Below, piece by piece: positions 28,503 through 38,139 of a stretch of DNA of 64,000 nt. Position 1 is the first letter of the stretch. Each line of letters opens with the position of its first letter. The notes under the pieces are model-generated. The model was not told the origin of the DNA. It worked only from the letters and a program-made list of their open reading frames with translations, and did not search any database. A program made the translations under genes and the position numbers. Origin of the DNA: an uncultured virus (IMG/VR IMGVR_UViG_3300031455_000002) (Duplodnaviria; Heunggongvirae; Uroviricota; Caudoviricetes); IMG/VR virus record IMGVR_UViG_3300031455_000002. The stretch is one strand, 5' to 3'.

Positions 28503-28541
28503 CGCCCCGGTAGGCCTCGAGCCCCGGGGTTGAGGTGTCAG
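28503..28541 (+). promoter_or_regulatory. Conserved 5'-UTR hairpin element, copy 2
   Basis: CGCCCCGGTAGGCCTCGAGCCCCGGGGTTGAGGTGTCAG; matches 2482-2521. Confidence 0.6.
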
Positions 28542-28596
28542 AAAGACCAAAGCTCGCGTCGGACCAAGAAACGGCGAGCTATCAGGAGAAGAAGAC

Positions 28597-29913
28597 ATGG
28601 CAACCAACAAAGTCGTTTCGCGCATGGCAGGACAGAAGAAGTACACGTTCCAGCGGGAGAAGCGCCGCGTGCCGTTCGGTCGCGGTCTCACCGTCGAGCA
28701 GGCGCAGTCGGGTCTCGGTGGTCACGAGGGAGGCGCTCTCGGCGCCGCCGACAAGTGCATCCGCTGCTCGTTCGGCAACATCCCAGTGATCGAGGAGGTC
28801 GTGTGGACGATTCCTCTGCCGCTCACGAGCTCCGAGGCGATCTCCGTCTTCGGTGAGACCGTGAACCTGCTCTCGGGTTCCTCGAGCGTTCCGGGTGTGG
28901 CGTCGATCGACTCGACGTTCCTCATCAACGGCATCCTCCAGACGGACATCTTCGCGCAGGGCATCGGCGTGCATGTTTTCTGTGAGCCGATGTCGTTCTC
29001 GACGATCGGCAACGCCTTCGCAGCGCCGGCACAGGACGTGGCAACACCGCCTTCGCCCGACGTGTTCACGTCCAACGACATCGCGAACGGCGCACTCGGG
29101 ACGACGGTGACTACGGAGACGTTCGGTCCGGCCGTGTTCGAGTTCGGCAACCCCACGTGGCGCGCCGGCTGGAACTTCATCAATGCGTACATGTTCCTGT
29201 GGAAGACGAACCAGCGGGAGCTCGTGATGAACGAGCTGGCCGCCGACGTCTCCTACTTCGGGAGCTTCGCGGACGCAGCGGCGGCAGGTACCTCCGAGGT
29301 CGCCATCATCGAGTTCGTCGCGGCCGTCAACGCCGCGTACCGCTCGAAGGGAAGTGCCACGATCTTCCTCCCGGTGAGCTTCCGCAGGGTCGGCAGCGTC
29401 ACGACGGACGGACCGGGATCTGGCGTAGGCAACGGCAATCGAGGTCTCTTTCACCCGACGCGCGATTTCGATCTCGCGCCGGTCACGTGGGGCGGTCTCA
29501 GGTGGCAGGGCTACGGCTGCCGTGGGCAGATGTTCCGTCCCATCGAGAGCCCGTGCTTCATCGAGCGCGGTATCCCGATCGGTATGTTGTTCCAGTCGCA
29601 GGACGCCGTGCATCAGGCGCTCATGCTCGAGGCTCTCACGATCGACAACGATCCGTTCGGCACGAACGTGTCGCCCGACGAGAACCTTCTTGTCACGACT
29701 GCCACTGGCACTGCCGTCATGCTGGAGCAGACGCTGGATGCAACTCCTGCGTACGCTCCTCAGGTGGTCAACGTCTCCCGCCAGACCTTCAAGGGCGGCA
29801 TCCTCAAGATCGGCATCAAGATCAAGGGGTGGGAGTTGCCCGGCGGCTGGAAGGCTTGGTGCTCGGAGAACATTCTGAACATGGTCGGTCCCGAAGCGGC
29901 TGTCCGGAACTGA
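28597..29913 (+). CDS. Putative major capsid protein (jelly-roll candidate)
   Basis: AGGAG RBS, strong codon bias, beta-strand-rich, followed by a terminator, structural gene context; fold not verified. Confidence 0.6.
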   Translation: MATNKVVSRMAGQKKYTFQREKRRVPFGRGLTVEQAQSGLGGHEGGALGAADKCIRCSFGNIPVIEEVVWTIPLPLTSSEAISVFGETVNLLSGSSSVPGVASIDSTFLINGILQTDIFAQGIGVHVFCEPMSFSTIGNAFAAPAQDVATPPSPDVFTSNDIANGALGTTVTTETFGPAVFEFGNPTWRAGWNFINAYMFLWKTNQRELVMNELAADVSYFGSFADAAAAGTSEVAIIEFVAAVNAAYRSKGSATIFLPVSFRRVGSVTTDGPGSGVGNGNRGLFHPTRDFDLAPVTWGGLRWQGYGCRGQMFRPIESPCFIERGIPIGMLFQSQDAVHQALMLEALTIDNDPFGTNVSPDENLLVTTATGTAVMLEQTLDATPAYAPQVVNVSRQTFKGGILKIGIKIKGWELPGGWKAWCSENILNMVGPEAAVRN

Positions 29914-29932
29914 ATACCTGACCCGGTAGCAG

Positions 29933-29975
29933 ACGAGTGGCGTGGCGAAAGGCGCCGCGCCACTCGTTTCGTTTT
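29933..29975 (+). terminator. Rho-independent terminator
   Basis: ACGAGTGGCGTGGCG-aaagg-CGCCGCGCCACTCGT followed by TTCGTTTT. Confidence 0.8.
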
Positions 29976-29999
29976 CAGACCTAGGAAAGAAGGCTCACT

Positions 30000-30599
30000 T
30001 TGGAACCAAGATACGCAGACGTGAGGGCGCTCGCGATGTACGCCCCGAAGATCGCGTACGGGATGATCGTGGGCGTCCCCCGGGTCCCGTTCGTGAACGA
30101 GATCCCCATCCAGTTCTCCTCGAGCGCCGTCAATGCGTCGCCGATCGTGCAGAGCTTCCAGAACAACATCTCGCAGGACACGTTGATCGAGCGCGTCTCG
30201 TTCGGGATTTCGCAACCGAACACGTTCCCTGGAAGCCCGTTCCAGAGCACGTACTTCAATCAGTTGAAGCAGAGCGGCCAGACCGGGATCGGCATTCAGA
30301 TGCAGGTCTTCGGCGGACCGAAGTACGCGATCAACGACACGTACACGGATCTCGGTCAGCTCCTCGACGTGTTCGCGATGACGTGGCCAAACGGGTGGCC
30401 GCTCGCGAAGCAGAGCAACGTGAGCGTGAGCGCGGTGCTGCTCCAGACGCCGGTTAGTGTGCCGGTGGATGTGACGTTGACGTTCCTTGGATGGCAAAAC
30501 CTCGACAAGGCACTCGATGATCTCAGCGCCGATGAATGCAGGAATCGTCTCAAGGCGTTCGGTATCGAAGTTCCCAACCTCGGAGATGTGAACCTATGA
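30000..30599 (+). CDS. Putative second/minor capsid protein
   Basis: Beta-rich; NNISQDTLIERVSF echoes NGILQTDIFAQGIG of the capsid candidate. Confidence 0.5.
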   Translation: MEPRYADVRALAMYAPKIAYGMIVGVPRVPFVNEIPIQFSSSAVNASPIVQSFQNNISQDTLIERVSFGISQPNTFPGSPFQSTYFNQLKQSGQTGIGIQMQVFGGPKYAINDTYTDLGQLLDVFAMTWPNGWPLAKQSNVSVSAVLLQTPVSVPVDVTLTFLGWQNLDKALDDLSADECRNRLKAFGIEVPNLGDVNL

Positions 30600-30811
30600 A
30601 CTGGTACATGCTTCAGTTTCCCAAACTCCCTATCCAGATCCCTGGAATGAAGACGCACACCATGTTCTACGCCGAGACCGACGTATTCATGCTCGTGCAG
30701 TTGGCCCTCAAGGCCGGGATCGTGCCGTCAACCATCCAAGGTATCCCGATCGCGGGAGCTGCCCTCTACGAGTACACCCCGAGCGGGTGGAGACTCGTGT
30801 ACCAGTTCTGA
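30596..30811 (+). CDS. Small protein, paralog 1
   Basis: MNWYML...TMFY...LYEY...W. Confidence 0.6.
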   Translation: MNWYMLQFPKLPIQIPGMKTHTMFYAETDVFMLVQLALKAGIVPSTIQGIPIAGAALYEYTPSGWRLVYQF

Positions 30812-30818
30812 GGCGATC

Positions 30819-30998
30819 ATGAACTGGTACCTAATCAAAAGCAGCGGACACCAATCGATGATGTTCTATGGAGACCCCACTCTCCCAATACTCGTGTCGG
30901 CGTGTCTTCGTACGAACCCTGCCAGCCCATGGGGATCAGGTTTCATCGATGTGTACCAGTGGGGATCTGGTACCTGGCAACATATCAATCAGGTCTGA
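30819..30998 (+). CDS. Small protein, paralog 2 (absent from the ORF track)
   Basis: MNWYLI...MMFY...VYQW...W. Confidence 0.6.
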   Translation: MNWYLIKSSGHQSMMFYGDPTLPILVSACLRTNPASPWGSGFIDVYQWGSGTWQHINQV

Positions 30999-31001
30999 TT
31001 C

Positions 31002-31889
31002 GTGAATAAAAGCCCCTCCAACGTCCTCAACCTCCAGCGGCACCCCGACGGTCCGATGGCGGCGATGCGTTCGGTGAGGCACGCGGGTCGGTACGAGGTC
31101 GTAACCGTCGGCCGGAATCCCGAGTTCGAGTTCATCGGGAGCGACCCGTACAACACGAACGTCGGAACCGGCCTGGTCATCCCGAGCACTCCTAGTGCAG
31201 ACATCGGTGGAGCTCGCTATCTGTTTCTTCTCGCTCGAGCGAGCTTCGGAACCGGTGAACAGAGCCCGACGATGGAAGGCGCACGCCTCGTCGGGATCCG
31301 TCAGTACGTGGATCTCGTCGCGCGCATCCCGGCACGAACGGCGCCTCTCGCCACCGACTCGGGTCCGCCCGAAGGCTCCACGGTCACGTTCCGCAAGGAG
31401 ATCGTGAGCCCGCTCTGGCACCCGTTCGATGGCGACATCTCCTGGCACGTGATGGTGATCGGAAAGACGCAGCGAGACACGCGCAACCCGCTGAATGCCG
31501 ACAGCGTCATCTTCCAGGACGCGAAGTCTCCTGCGCTCCTCTACCAGACGCAGGGCCCATACACGCCTCCGAACGGCGGTCGCCCATGGGGAGTCCCCAT
31601 CGGCGCGAGCCTCGGCAACATCCACGATCTGAGGTACCAGTGGCGCGAAGAACGCGCCGAGTACGTCTTCGATATGCCGATCCCGACACCGTGCGACGTC
31701 GCGTTGTTCGCGAGCGTTCGACAGAACGATCCAGCGTTGAACCCGACCATCGACTCCGAGGATTGTGGGTTCTTCGGCGCGCTCGGTCCCGAGGATCAGT
31801 TCGTCGTCGCTTACCCGACGTTCGCTCAGTACGGATCGATCGCTGGAAGCCTAGTGTTCGAGGACAATCTCGGAAGGGAAGTCCCATGA
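31002..31889 (+). CDS. Putative virion structural protein (vertex/penton candidate)
   Basis: Beta-rich 295-aa protein in the capsid operon. Confidence 0.5.
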   Translation: MNKSPSNVLNLQRHPDGPMAAMRSVRHAGRYEVVTVGRNPEFEFIGSDPYNTNVGTGLVIPSTPSADIGGARYLFLLARASFGTGEQSPTMEGARLVGIRQYVDLVARIPARTAPLATDSGPPEGSTVTFRKEIVSPLWHPFDGDISWHVMVIGKTQRDTRNPLNADSVIFQDAKSPALLYQTQGPYTPPNGGRPWGVPIGASLGNIHDLRYQWREERAEYVFDMPIPTPCDVALFASVRQNDPALNPTIDSEDCGFFGALGPEDQFVVAYPTFAQYGSIAGSLVFEDNLGREVP

Positions 31890-32167
31890 GCAGATTGGGA
31901 GCAGGCGCAGGAGCACTGACCTTCGGTTTCGTCGGAGCGTTGCTCGGCAACGCCATCGGAGCGCACGTGCGAGGGCGTTCGGCTATCGCCTCGGGCGTGT
32001 CGCTCAATTCGGATGAGGAGCAGCTCGGGACCGGTGTCGGCGGAGTGCTCGGGATCTTGGTCGGTGCGGCGGTCGGTGCTGGATCTCCCACGGCGTCGTG
32101 TCCGACGAACCAGGCAGGGATCTCGGGTGCGGACATGTACCTCGGATCCAACGGAGCGTTCCCATGA
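31886..32167 (+). CDS. Small Gly-rich membrane protein
   Basis: Two TM segments; ends NGAFP. Confidence 0.65.
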   Translation: MSRLGAGAGALTFGFVGALLGNAIGAHVRGRSAIASGVSLNSDEEQLGTGVGGVLGILVGAAVGAGSPTASCPTNQAGISGADMYLGSNGAFP

Positions 32168-32583
32168 CCAACCAGGTTGTAGGGACAGCTCTCGGGCTCG
32201 GGTTTGCCGCTGGATCGGCTGCGGTTGGCGCCGCTGTTGCCGATCGACATCCTTCGGTAGGAGCGGTGGTTGGTGTCGGTGTTGGTATCGGTGCGCTTGT
32301 CGCAATGGCCGCATCCGCATGGGGAGTACCGTATTCTCGTTTCATCCAAGCACACCTGATCGGCACGGCAGTCGTAGGCGGAGGCGGAGCAATCGGCGCC
32401 GCTGTGGCACGCAGGAGCCCCGCAACAGGGGCTGCTGTCGGCGCTGCGACGGCAGCTCTGACCGGGAACCTGATCGCCGCCGTGTATGGTCCGATCAATC
32501 TCGACTCTTCCAAGAAGAACGGCGAACTCCAAGGCGCCGGCATCGGAACACGCTACGTCGTTCGTGATGGGGTGTTCCCATGA
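32164..32583 (+). CDS. Gly/Ala-rich multi-TM protein
   Basis: About four hydrophobic segments; ends DGVFP. Confidence 0.65.
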   Translation: MTNQVVGTALGLGFAAGSAAVGAAVADRHPSVGAVVGVGVGIGALVAMAASAWGVPYSRFIQAHLIGTAVVGGGGAIGAAVARRSPATGAAVGAATAALTGNLIAAVYGPINLDSSKKNGELQGAGIGTRYVVRDGVFP

Positions 32584-33263
32584 CCCCCGCCCAAGCTGCC
32601 GGGTTCCCCAACTTCGTCACCGACGTCCCTGTTCAGGGACCCACCGATCCAGACATGCGGGCGGCCGCCTGCTTCTACACCGAGAACATGTTGCCGAAGC
32701 ACCCCGAGTGCGTCGATTGTGAAGGAACAGTACCCATGTGGACCAAGCAGAACTTCGTCAGCCCTCGTCACTACCCTGGCCTCTCCGGTGAGCAGATTTC
32801 GCTCGGCGGACACGGTGCTCTTGGCTTCGCGATCGGCGATTCGGAGGTCTGGACGAAGCTCACTCAGCAACAGCAGACGTGGATCATCCAGTCACTTACG
32901 CATCTCAACAACCTGATCTACCAGAACACAGGTACGACGTGTCCGGACTGGGGTAACGCTCCAACGATCACCGGTCCTGCCAAATGCTTCCAGAGTTGGT
33001 TCAACGCGAACAAGATTGATCCGGTCACGCTCCGCACTGATGGGGTGTTCGATCAGAGCACGCTCGACGCACTTCTCACCGTTGCCCGGATCGATCCAGG
33101 TCAGTTTCCGACGCCATACCCGGGTGATCCGATCCAGGCTACTGCCGAAGAAGAGAAGAAGGGTCTGTCGAAGGGTGCGATGTACGGCATCGCAGCCGGC
33201 GGCGCACTCGTCGTGGGCGGGACCATCTGGGCAATCACCCGCAAGAAGAGCAAGAGGAGCTGA
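32580..33263 (+). CDS. Peptidoglycan-binding-like + C-terminal TM protein
   Basis: LRTDGVFDQSTLDAL; KKGLS-TM-RKKSKRS. Confidence 0.7.
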   Translation: MTPAQAAGFPNFVTDVPVQGPTDPDMRAAACFYTENMLPKHPECVDCEGTVPMWTKQNFVSPRHYPGLSGEQISLGGHGALGFAIGDSEVWTKLTQQQQTWIIQSLTHLNNLIYQNTGTTCPDWGNAPTITGPAKCFQSWFNANKIDPVTLRTDGVFDQSTLDALLTVARIDPGQFPTPYPGDPIQATAEEEKKGLSKGAMYGIAAGGALVVGGTIWAITRKKSKRS

Positions 33264-33265
33264 TC

Positions 33266-34579
33266 ATGTTCAAGATGTTCCATCGCGTGAAGCCCGGCGA
33301 GTCGCCGGCAATGATCGCGCGTCGCTACAACATCCCGGTCGCGCAGCTCATGGCGGCCAACCCCCACAAGCCGATCAAGCAGGTCGGGAACAAGCAGACC
33401 TGGCAAAGCCTCGTCTCGCGTGAGCCCGTGAAGATCCCGGCTGCCAACATGATCCAGGCCATTGCGGCTCGGGCAGCGGGCGCCGTGCACGGGCTCGGTG
33501 ATCCCGTAAGCGATCTGATCTACGCGCTCACGCAGGCAGGCGGTCCCTGCATTCAGGCGAACGCTGGATACGTCTGCGCGATCCAGCAAGCACTTGGACT
33601 CTCGATGGACGGAAAGTGGGGCAACGACACCTCCAAGGCCGCGCGAGTGTTCGTCTCGAACGCACCTCCGGGATGTCCCGGTCCGCCTTCTTGGTGGGGG
33701 ATCAAGGCGCAAGGAACCGCGGGACCCAAGTGCCCTTCGGTGCTGCCGACGATTCCGGTGGCGGCTCTGCCGCCGCCTCCTCAGACGGTGGGACCTCCGG
33801 GAGTGGTGATGCCGCCCACACCGGTCATGCCTCCGCCTCCGGTGATGCCGCCACCTCCAACGACCGTGGCGGTGCAGCCGGGAAATTCGGTGACCGATTT
33901 CGTGGTCGCGCTCATGCAGTCCGGAGGTCCCTGCAATCAGGCGAATGCCGGGTACGTCTGCGCGATCCAGAAGGCGCTCGGGCTCACCGTCGATGGCAAA
34001 TGGGGCAACGACACTTCGAACGCCGTGCGGCGCGTCGTGTCCAATGCGCCTCCCGGGTGCTCTCCTGCTCCCTCTTGGTGGGGAATCAAGGCACAAGGCA
34101 CCGCCGGGCCGAAGTGTCCTCCCACGTTCCCGACGATTCCGGGTGGCGGTGGCGGGATGGTTCAGCCGCCACCTCCGATTCAGCCGCCCCCGATCACGCC
34201 GGTGGTTCCCCCGCCTCCGGTCGTGCCTCCGCCGCCGCCTCCGCCGGTGTTGCCCCCGCCTCCGGTGGTCCCTCCGCCGCCGCCTCCGCCGCCTCGAGAC
34301 GAGCCGGAGAAGGACCAGCCTCCGATCATCGATGGTAGGCCCCAACCCGGCCAGCTCGTGACCACTTCCGAAAAGAAGGGTCTTTCCACCGGCGCACTCG
34401 TGGCCGGCGGCATCGGAATCGCCGCAGTGGTCGGGCTCATCGCGGTGGCCGCCAGCGGGGGCAAACGTTCGTCGATCACGAAGACGACGACCGTTCGGCG
34501 GTTGCCGGCACGACGGAAGCCGGCGAAGCGCAAGGCTCCGGCGCGCAAGAAGGCAACGAAGCGCAAGAAGAAGAAGTGA
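33266..34579 (+). CDS. LysM + two peptidoglycan-binding repeats + Pro-rich stalk + TM protein
   Basis: HRVKPGESPAMIARRY...LMAANP; duplicated CAIQxALGLxxDGKWGNDT module; histone-like basic tail. Confidence 0.85.
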   Translation: MFKMFHRVKPGESPAMIARRYNIPVAQLMAANPHKPIKQVGNKQTWQSLVSREPVKIPAANMIQAIAARAAGAVHGLGDPVSDLIYALTQAGGPCIQANAGYVCAIQQALGLSMDGKWGNDTSKAARVFVSNAPPGCPGPPSWWGIKAQGTAGPKCPSVLPTIPVAALPPPPQTVGPPGVVMPPTPVMPPPPVMPPPPTTVAVQPGNSVTDFVVALMQSGGPCNQANAGYVCAIQKALGLTVDGKWGNDTSNAVRRVVSNAPPGCSPAPSWWGIKAQGTAGPKCPPTFPTIPGGGGGMVQPPPPIQPPPITPVVPPPPVVPPPPPPPVLPPPPVVPPPPPPPPRDEPEKDQPPIIDGRPQPGQLVTTSEKKGLSTGALVAGGIGIAAVVGLIAVAASGGKRSSITKTTTVRRLPARRKPAKRKAPARKKATKRKKKK

Positions 34580-34608
34580 CCCGCGTCGGCGGAGAAGGTT
34601 GAAACCAA

Positions 34609-35148
34609 ATGTCTGAGTTCGTCGGCCGCACGGGATCGCACCGCGTCTACTCTTACCCGGAGGCGAGACGCGGTGGCGGCGTTCTGTCTCTTGCGCGGAA
34701 CTTCGCATACGGTCCCGCCGAAACGGAAACCCGGATTACGACGGACGGGACAGATGTGCCATGGGGTCTCATCGAAAGCGGGGAGGCCCCTGGGGTTTTG
34801 GTGCCGATCACACCAAGACTCAGCGGAATCGTTCGAGTCAGCGGTGTCATCACGATCGTGAACAACGACGACGCCAGACAGGACGTGCAACTTCAAGTTG
34901 GTGCATCAAACGGCGTGGATCCGCCTACTTTCTTTCCTCCTACTCAAGAGTTGAACTCAATCGCTGAAGATTTGGGTGAAGAGCCTGGACACGAAGCTAT
35001 TCCGTTCACGGCTCTCGTAACAGGTGCCGATGTCGGTATCCTTTTTTACATCCTGATCCGTTTGACAGCGAACGAGAACGACGCGCTGTCTCTTCTCGTC
35101 AATTCTTCGACGATCGATCTGCAAGAGGTTCCGCCCGCCACAGGGTGA
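34609..35148 (+). CDS. Fibre/spike-family protein 1
   Basis: MSEFVGRTGSHRVYSYP + LARNF beta domain. Confidence 0.7.
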   Translation: MSEFVGRTGSHRVYSYPEARRGGGVLSLARNFAYGPAETETRITTDGTDVPWGLIESGEAPGVLVPITPRLSGIVRVSGVITIVNNDDARQDVQLQVGASNGVDPPTFFPPTQELNSIAEDLGEEPGHEAIPFTALVTGADVGILFYILIRLTANENDALSLLVNSSTIDLQEVPPATG

Positions 35149-35159
35149 AAGGTACGGTC

Positions 35160-35654
35160 ATGGGTAGTTTCAGAGTCGGTCGCAAGTTCGCTTCACACGC
35201 CTACCCGGAGCCTCACCGTGGTGGAGGCGGTCCTGCGCCGCTTCTGGCGCGTGTCTTCGCAACCACGGAGGAAGACACATCGACCCCGGTCCCTACTGGA
35301 GATCCTGTTCTGATCCCGTGGGACGGAATCGGGGATGAAATACCTGTGACGCCGCTATCGACCGGCGTGCTCGAGGTTTCCGGAGTCGTTGTCCTCGAGA
35401 ACGAGAGCGAGACGGACACGTACATCATCACGGTCTTCGTGCTGATCGATGGCAACCCAATGGATCCTCCGACTAGCTCTCAGATGAGCATTCCTCCGGA
35501 ATCTACGATTTCGATTCCGTATCTGGCTCAAAGTGAAGCTCTTACTCCAGATACTCCAGTAGACGTATCGGTCGCTGTCATCTCGGACACGGATCCAGAA
35601 GGAGACGTCGACATCGTCAGCGCCACCGTCGCGATCCAAGAAGTGGCGGCCTGA
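35160..35654 (+). CDS. Fibre/spike-family protein 2
   Basis: MGSFRVGRKFASHAYP; paralog of protein 1 (VTP..G...VSGV, QEV). Confidence 0.7.
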   Translation: MGSFRVGRKFASHAYPEPHRGGGGPAPLLARVFATTEEDTSTPVPTGDPVLIPWDGIGDEIPVTPLSTGVLEVSGVVVLENESETDTYIITVFVLIDGNPMDPPTSSQMSIPPESTISIPYLAQSEALTPDTPVDVSVAVISDTDPEGDVDIVSATVAIQEVAA

Positions 35655-35657
35655 ACC

Positions 35658-35918
35658 ATGCGTGTCGTAATCCCGGAATCAGAGCTCGAGCGCCTGAAGT
35701 CGTGCGGTGACCACCTCACGTCTCCGTGGTGGGATGAGGGCGAACGTTCTCTCGTCTACCCTGACTGGGATGAGGCTGCTGCGAAGATGTCATTGAGTCG
35801 AGACGGTGCGCGCCGCCTGAAGTGGCTCGTACTCCACAAGATGGTCCCGACGACGTTGACACGGTACATGGAGCTGCGTCAGCAAGCCGCCAAGGCGACG
35901 GAGAAGACCGATGGGTGA
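35658..35918 (+). CDS. Hypothetical protein
   Basis: In operon. Confidence 0.55.
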   Translation: MRVVIPESELERLKSCGDHLTSPWWDEGERSLVYPDWDEAAAKMSLSRDGARRLKWLVLHKMVPTTLTRYMELRQQAAKATEKTDG

Positions 35919-36417
35919 GTTCAGGATAGGGCGTACTCACGCGCAACACTTCTATCCAGTACGGCGATTGGGCGGTGGTGACACCCCGGATCTCGCTCGC
36001 AATTTCGCTTCGACGTCTATGTTGAAGGACAATGAGTTCAGTAATGAACCTGTTTTCATCCAGTGGTCGTCTATCGGAACAGATCCGCCATACCCGACTG
36101 AGGTACCTATCACTCCTCTGTTCTCCGGTGTCATCGAGATTTCCGGAGTCTTGAACATCGACAACGAAGGCGTGGATCCGTATCACGTAATCATTCGTGT
36201 ATACGTGAACGAGATTGAAGTACCTGTGACGATGGGTTCTCAGACCACAATCGCCGGTGGATCACTCATCTCAATCCCGTTTCTTGCGCAAGTAGGCGGG
36301 CTGGATCTCGACGAAGAAGCTCTGGTGACCGTGTCTGTTGAGACGGCAGAAGCTCAAGAAGGTACATCCTACAACAGCGCGCAGATGGCTGTGCAGGAAG
36401 TCGTTCCGAACCCTTGA
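35911..36417 (+). CDS. Fibre/spike-family protein 3
   Basis: MGEFRIGRTHAQHFYP; paralog of proteins 1 and 2. Confidence 0.7.
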   Translation: MGEFRIGRTHAQHFYPVRRLGGGDTPDLARNFASTSMLKDNEFSNEPVFIQWSSIGTDPPYPTEVPITPLFSGVIEISGVLNIDNEGVDPYHVIIRVYVNEIEVPVTMGSQTTIAGGSLISIPFLAQVGGLDLDEEALVTVSVETAEAQEGTSYNSAQMAVQEVVPNP

Positions 36418-36614
36418 TGGAGATCACCATGGAACGCCGTAAGATCCACGAAGAAACTCTCCAGTGCGGTTACCGCAAATGCTGTCCGACCGTGAAGATC
36501 TTCGACGACGGCTCGATGGAGCTCTCCGACGACGACCCCGAGATCGGTTCCGTAGGCACGATCAAGCTCTGGCCTGAGGTCGTTCAGCGACTCCTCGAGC
36601 TGGCGAAGAAGTAG
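36414..36614 (+). CDS. Small Cys-containing protein
   Basis: CGYRKCCPTV. Confidence 0.55.
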   Translation: MMEITMERRKIHEETLQCGYRKCCPTVKIFDDGSMELSDDDPEIGSVGTIKLWPEVVQRLLELAKK

Positions 36615-36625
36615 GAAGAACCACC

Positions 36626-37852
36626 ATGAGCCACCTAATTGGACGCGGGCAGTACAAGAGTGAGACGTATCCAGGGCGTGGAGCGTCCGGCGGTAGCGGC
36701 GGCTCGATCGTGCCTCTATCGAGGCAGCGATTCATCGACGGTGGAACCGTGCAGTCCGGGCGAGACGGATCGGTTGCGCGACCGTTTCTCACGATCGCTG
36801 AGTTCACTGCATCGCGACCGAACGGCACCGTCCCGGACAGGCGGAACAACTACGTCGGGTGGGTCACGCCAGCGATCGACGGATACACGGGGGTGATCAG
36901 CCTCCCACCGAATGCTTCAACGGAGCTGCGAGCTGATTCGTACTCGAACCCCACCCTTGGCACGTCTGTCACCGGAAACGTGTTCTGGTCCAATCTAGCG
37001 TTACCCGAGACCACGGGACCTGTTACCGCCGCATTGCACAACGTGTCTGTAGTGGGGCAGGTTCAGATCACCGACGTAGCCGAGTCTCCTATCTCGCAGT
37101 TCTTCTTCAGCGCCGACGAGTCTCTCTTCTTGGGAGCGATCTTATCTGGTGGTTTCGTCTCGAATACGACCGTGCAGTTGTCGTTTGCTTCCTTCCTCAA
37201 CGTGAGCGTGGACAACTCGATCGATGCGGGCACTTCTGTAGACAGCGCGGCCGTACTACTTCAAGGAAGCAATGTCATAGGAGGTATCGCAGCCAGACAG
37301 TTGAACTGCTACAACTCCGTACTGGCCGTAGCAACCATCGAGGCGCGCGAAGCGACGTTCGTAGATACGAGTTTCGAGTCGGGAACCAATCCTTTACTGA
37401 TGGTCGTCATTGCCCCTCCAATTTTCGACGGACCCTCCTGGGCGTCGTTCATCCGAGCTGGCGGGACACGAAGCGCTGCGACCGCAGTCCTGGTCACTGG
37501 TGGGTACAACGGAGCAGAAGTTGCGGGAGCGGCGTTGACTGCGGCTTCTACGAGCGTCGCACTCAATGGGGCAGGAGCGACGGCCGGTTTCACGGGATCA
37601 AATTCCGGGAACCACTACTCGACGGCGGACGTCACACCGACCAGCGTCACTCTTTTGACGGCTGGGGCACTCCCAGGAGACACATTACTCATCACCAGGA
37701 CCGACCTCGTGGCAAGCGTGCTCGCGGTGATCAACGGCGGCCCTGGTGCCGGCACGATAGGATCGATCCCTACTTCTCATCGCGGGTCCGTGCTCGCTCG
37801 ATTCAACGGAACGGACTGGTTGTTCGAAGCGGGAGGATCACTCGCTGCCTGA
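36626..37852 (+). CDS. Fibre/spike-family protein 4 (beta-helix-like)
   Basis: MSHLIGRGQYKSETYP; DGSVARPFLTI motif. Confidence 0.7.
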   Translation: MSHLIGRGQYKSETYPGRGASGGSGGSIVPLSRQRFIDGGTVQSGRDGSVARPFLTIAEFTASRPNGTVPDRRNNYVGWVTPAIDGYTGVISLPPNASTELRADSYSNPTLGTSVTGNVFWSNLALPETTGPVTAALHNVSVVGQVQITDVAESPISQFFFSADESLFLGAILSGGFVSNTTVQLSFASFLNVSVDNSIDAGTSVDSAAVLLQGSNVIGGIAARQLNCYNSVLAVATIEAREATFVDTSFESGTNPLLMVVIAPPIFDGPSWASFIRAGGTRSAATAVLVTGGYNGAEVAGAALTAASTSVALNGAGATAGFTGSNSGNHYSTADVTPTSVTLLTAGALPGDTLLITRTDLVASVLAVINGGPGAGTIGSIPTSHRGSVLARFNGTDWLFEAGGSLAA

Positions 37853-37866
37853 TTTCGACTAACTAC

Positions 37867-38139
37867 ATGTCGCACTTGTTCCTCATCACTGCCCTCATCG
37901 GCGCAACGCTCCTCATCGTTCGAGGAACGATTCTCGCTCCAGTGCGCAAGCTCTGGCCTGCGCTCTTCGGGTGCGCCCAGTGCGTCGGGACGTGGGTCGG
38001 AGTCGCCGCAGGTGCCAGCAGCATCGTCTCGGTTGGTCACGGACGGATCCTAGACGCCGTGATCGTTGGTGCCGCCACGAGCTTTCTATCTCTGCTCGCT
38101 GATGGTGTACTATTGAAGCTCCTGGGGGATCCTTCATGA
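37867..38139 (+). CDS. DUF1360-like membrane protein
   Basis: LFGCAQCVGTWVG; hydrophobic. Confidence 0.6.
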   Translation: MSHLFLITALIGATLLIVRGTILAPVRKLWPALFGCAQCVGTWVGVAAGASSIVSVGHGRILDAVIVGAATSFLSLLADGVLLKLLGDPS

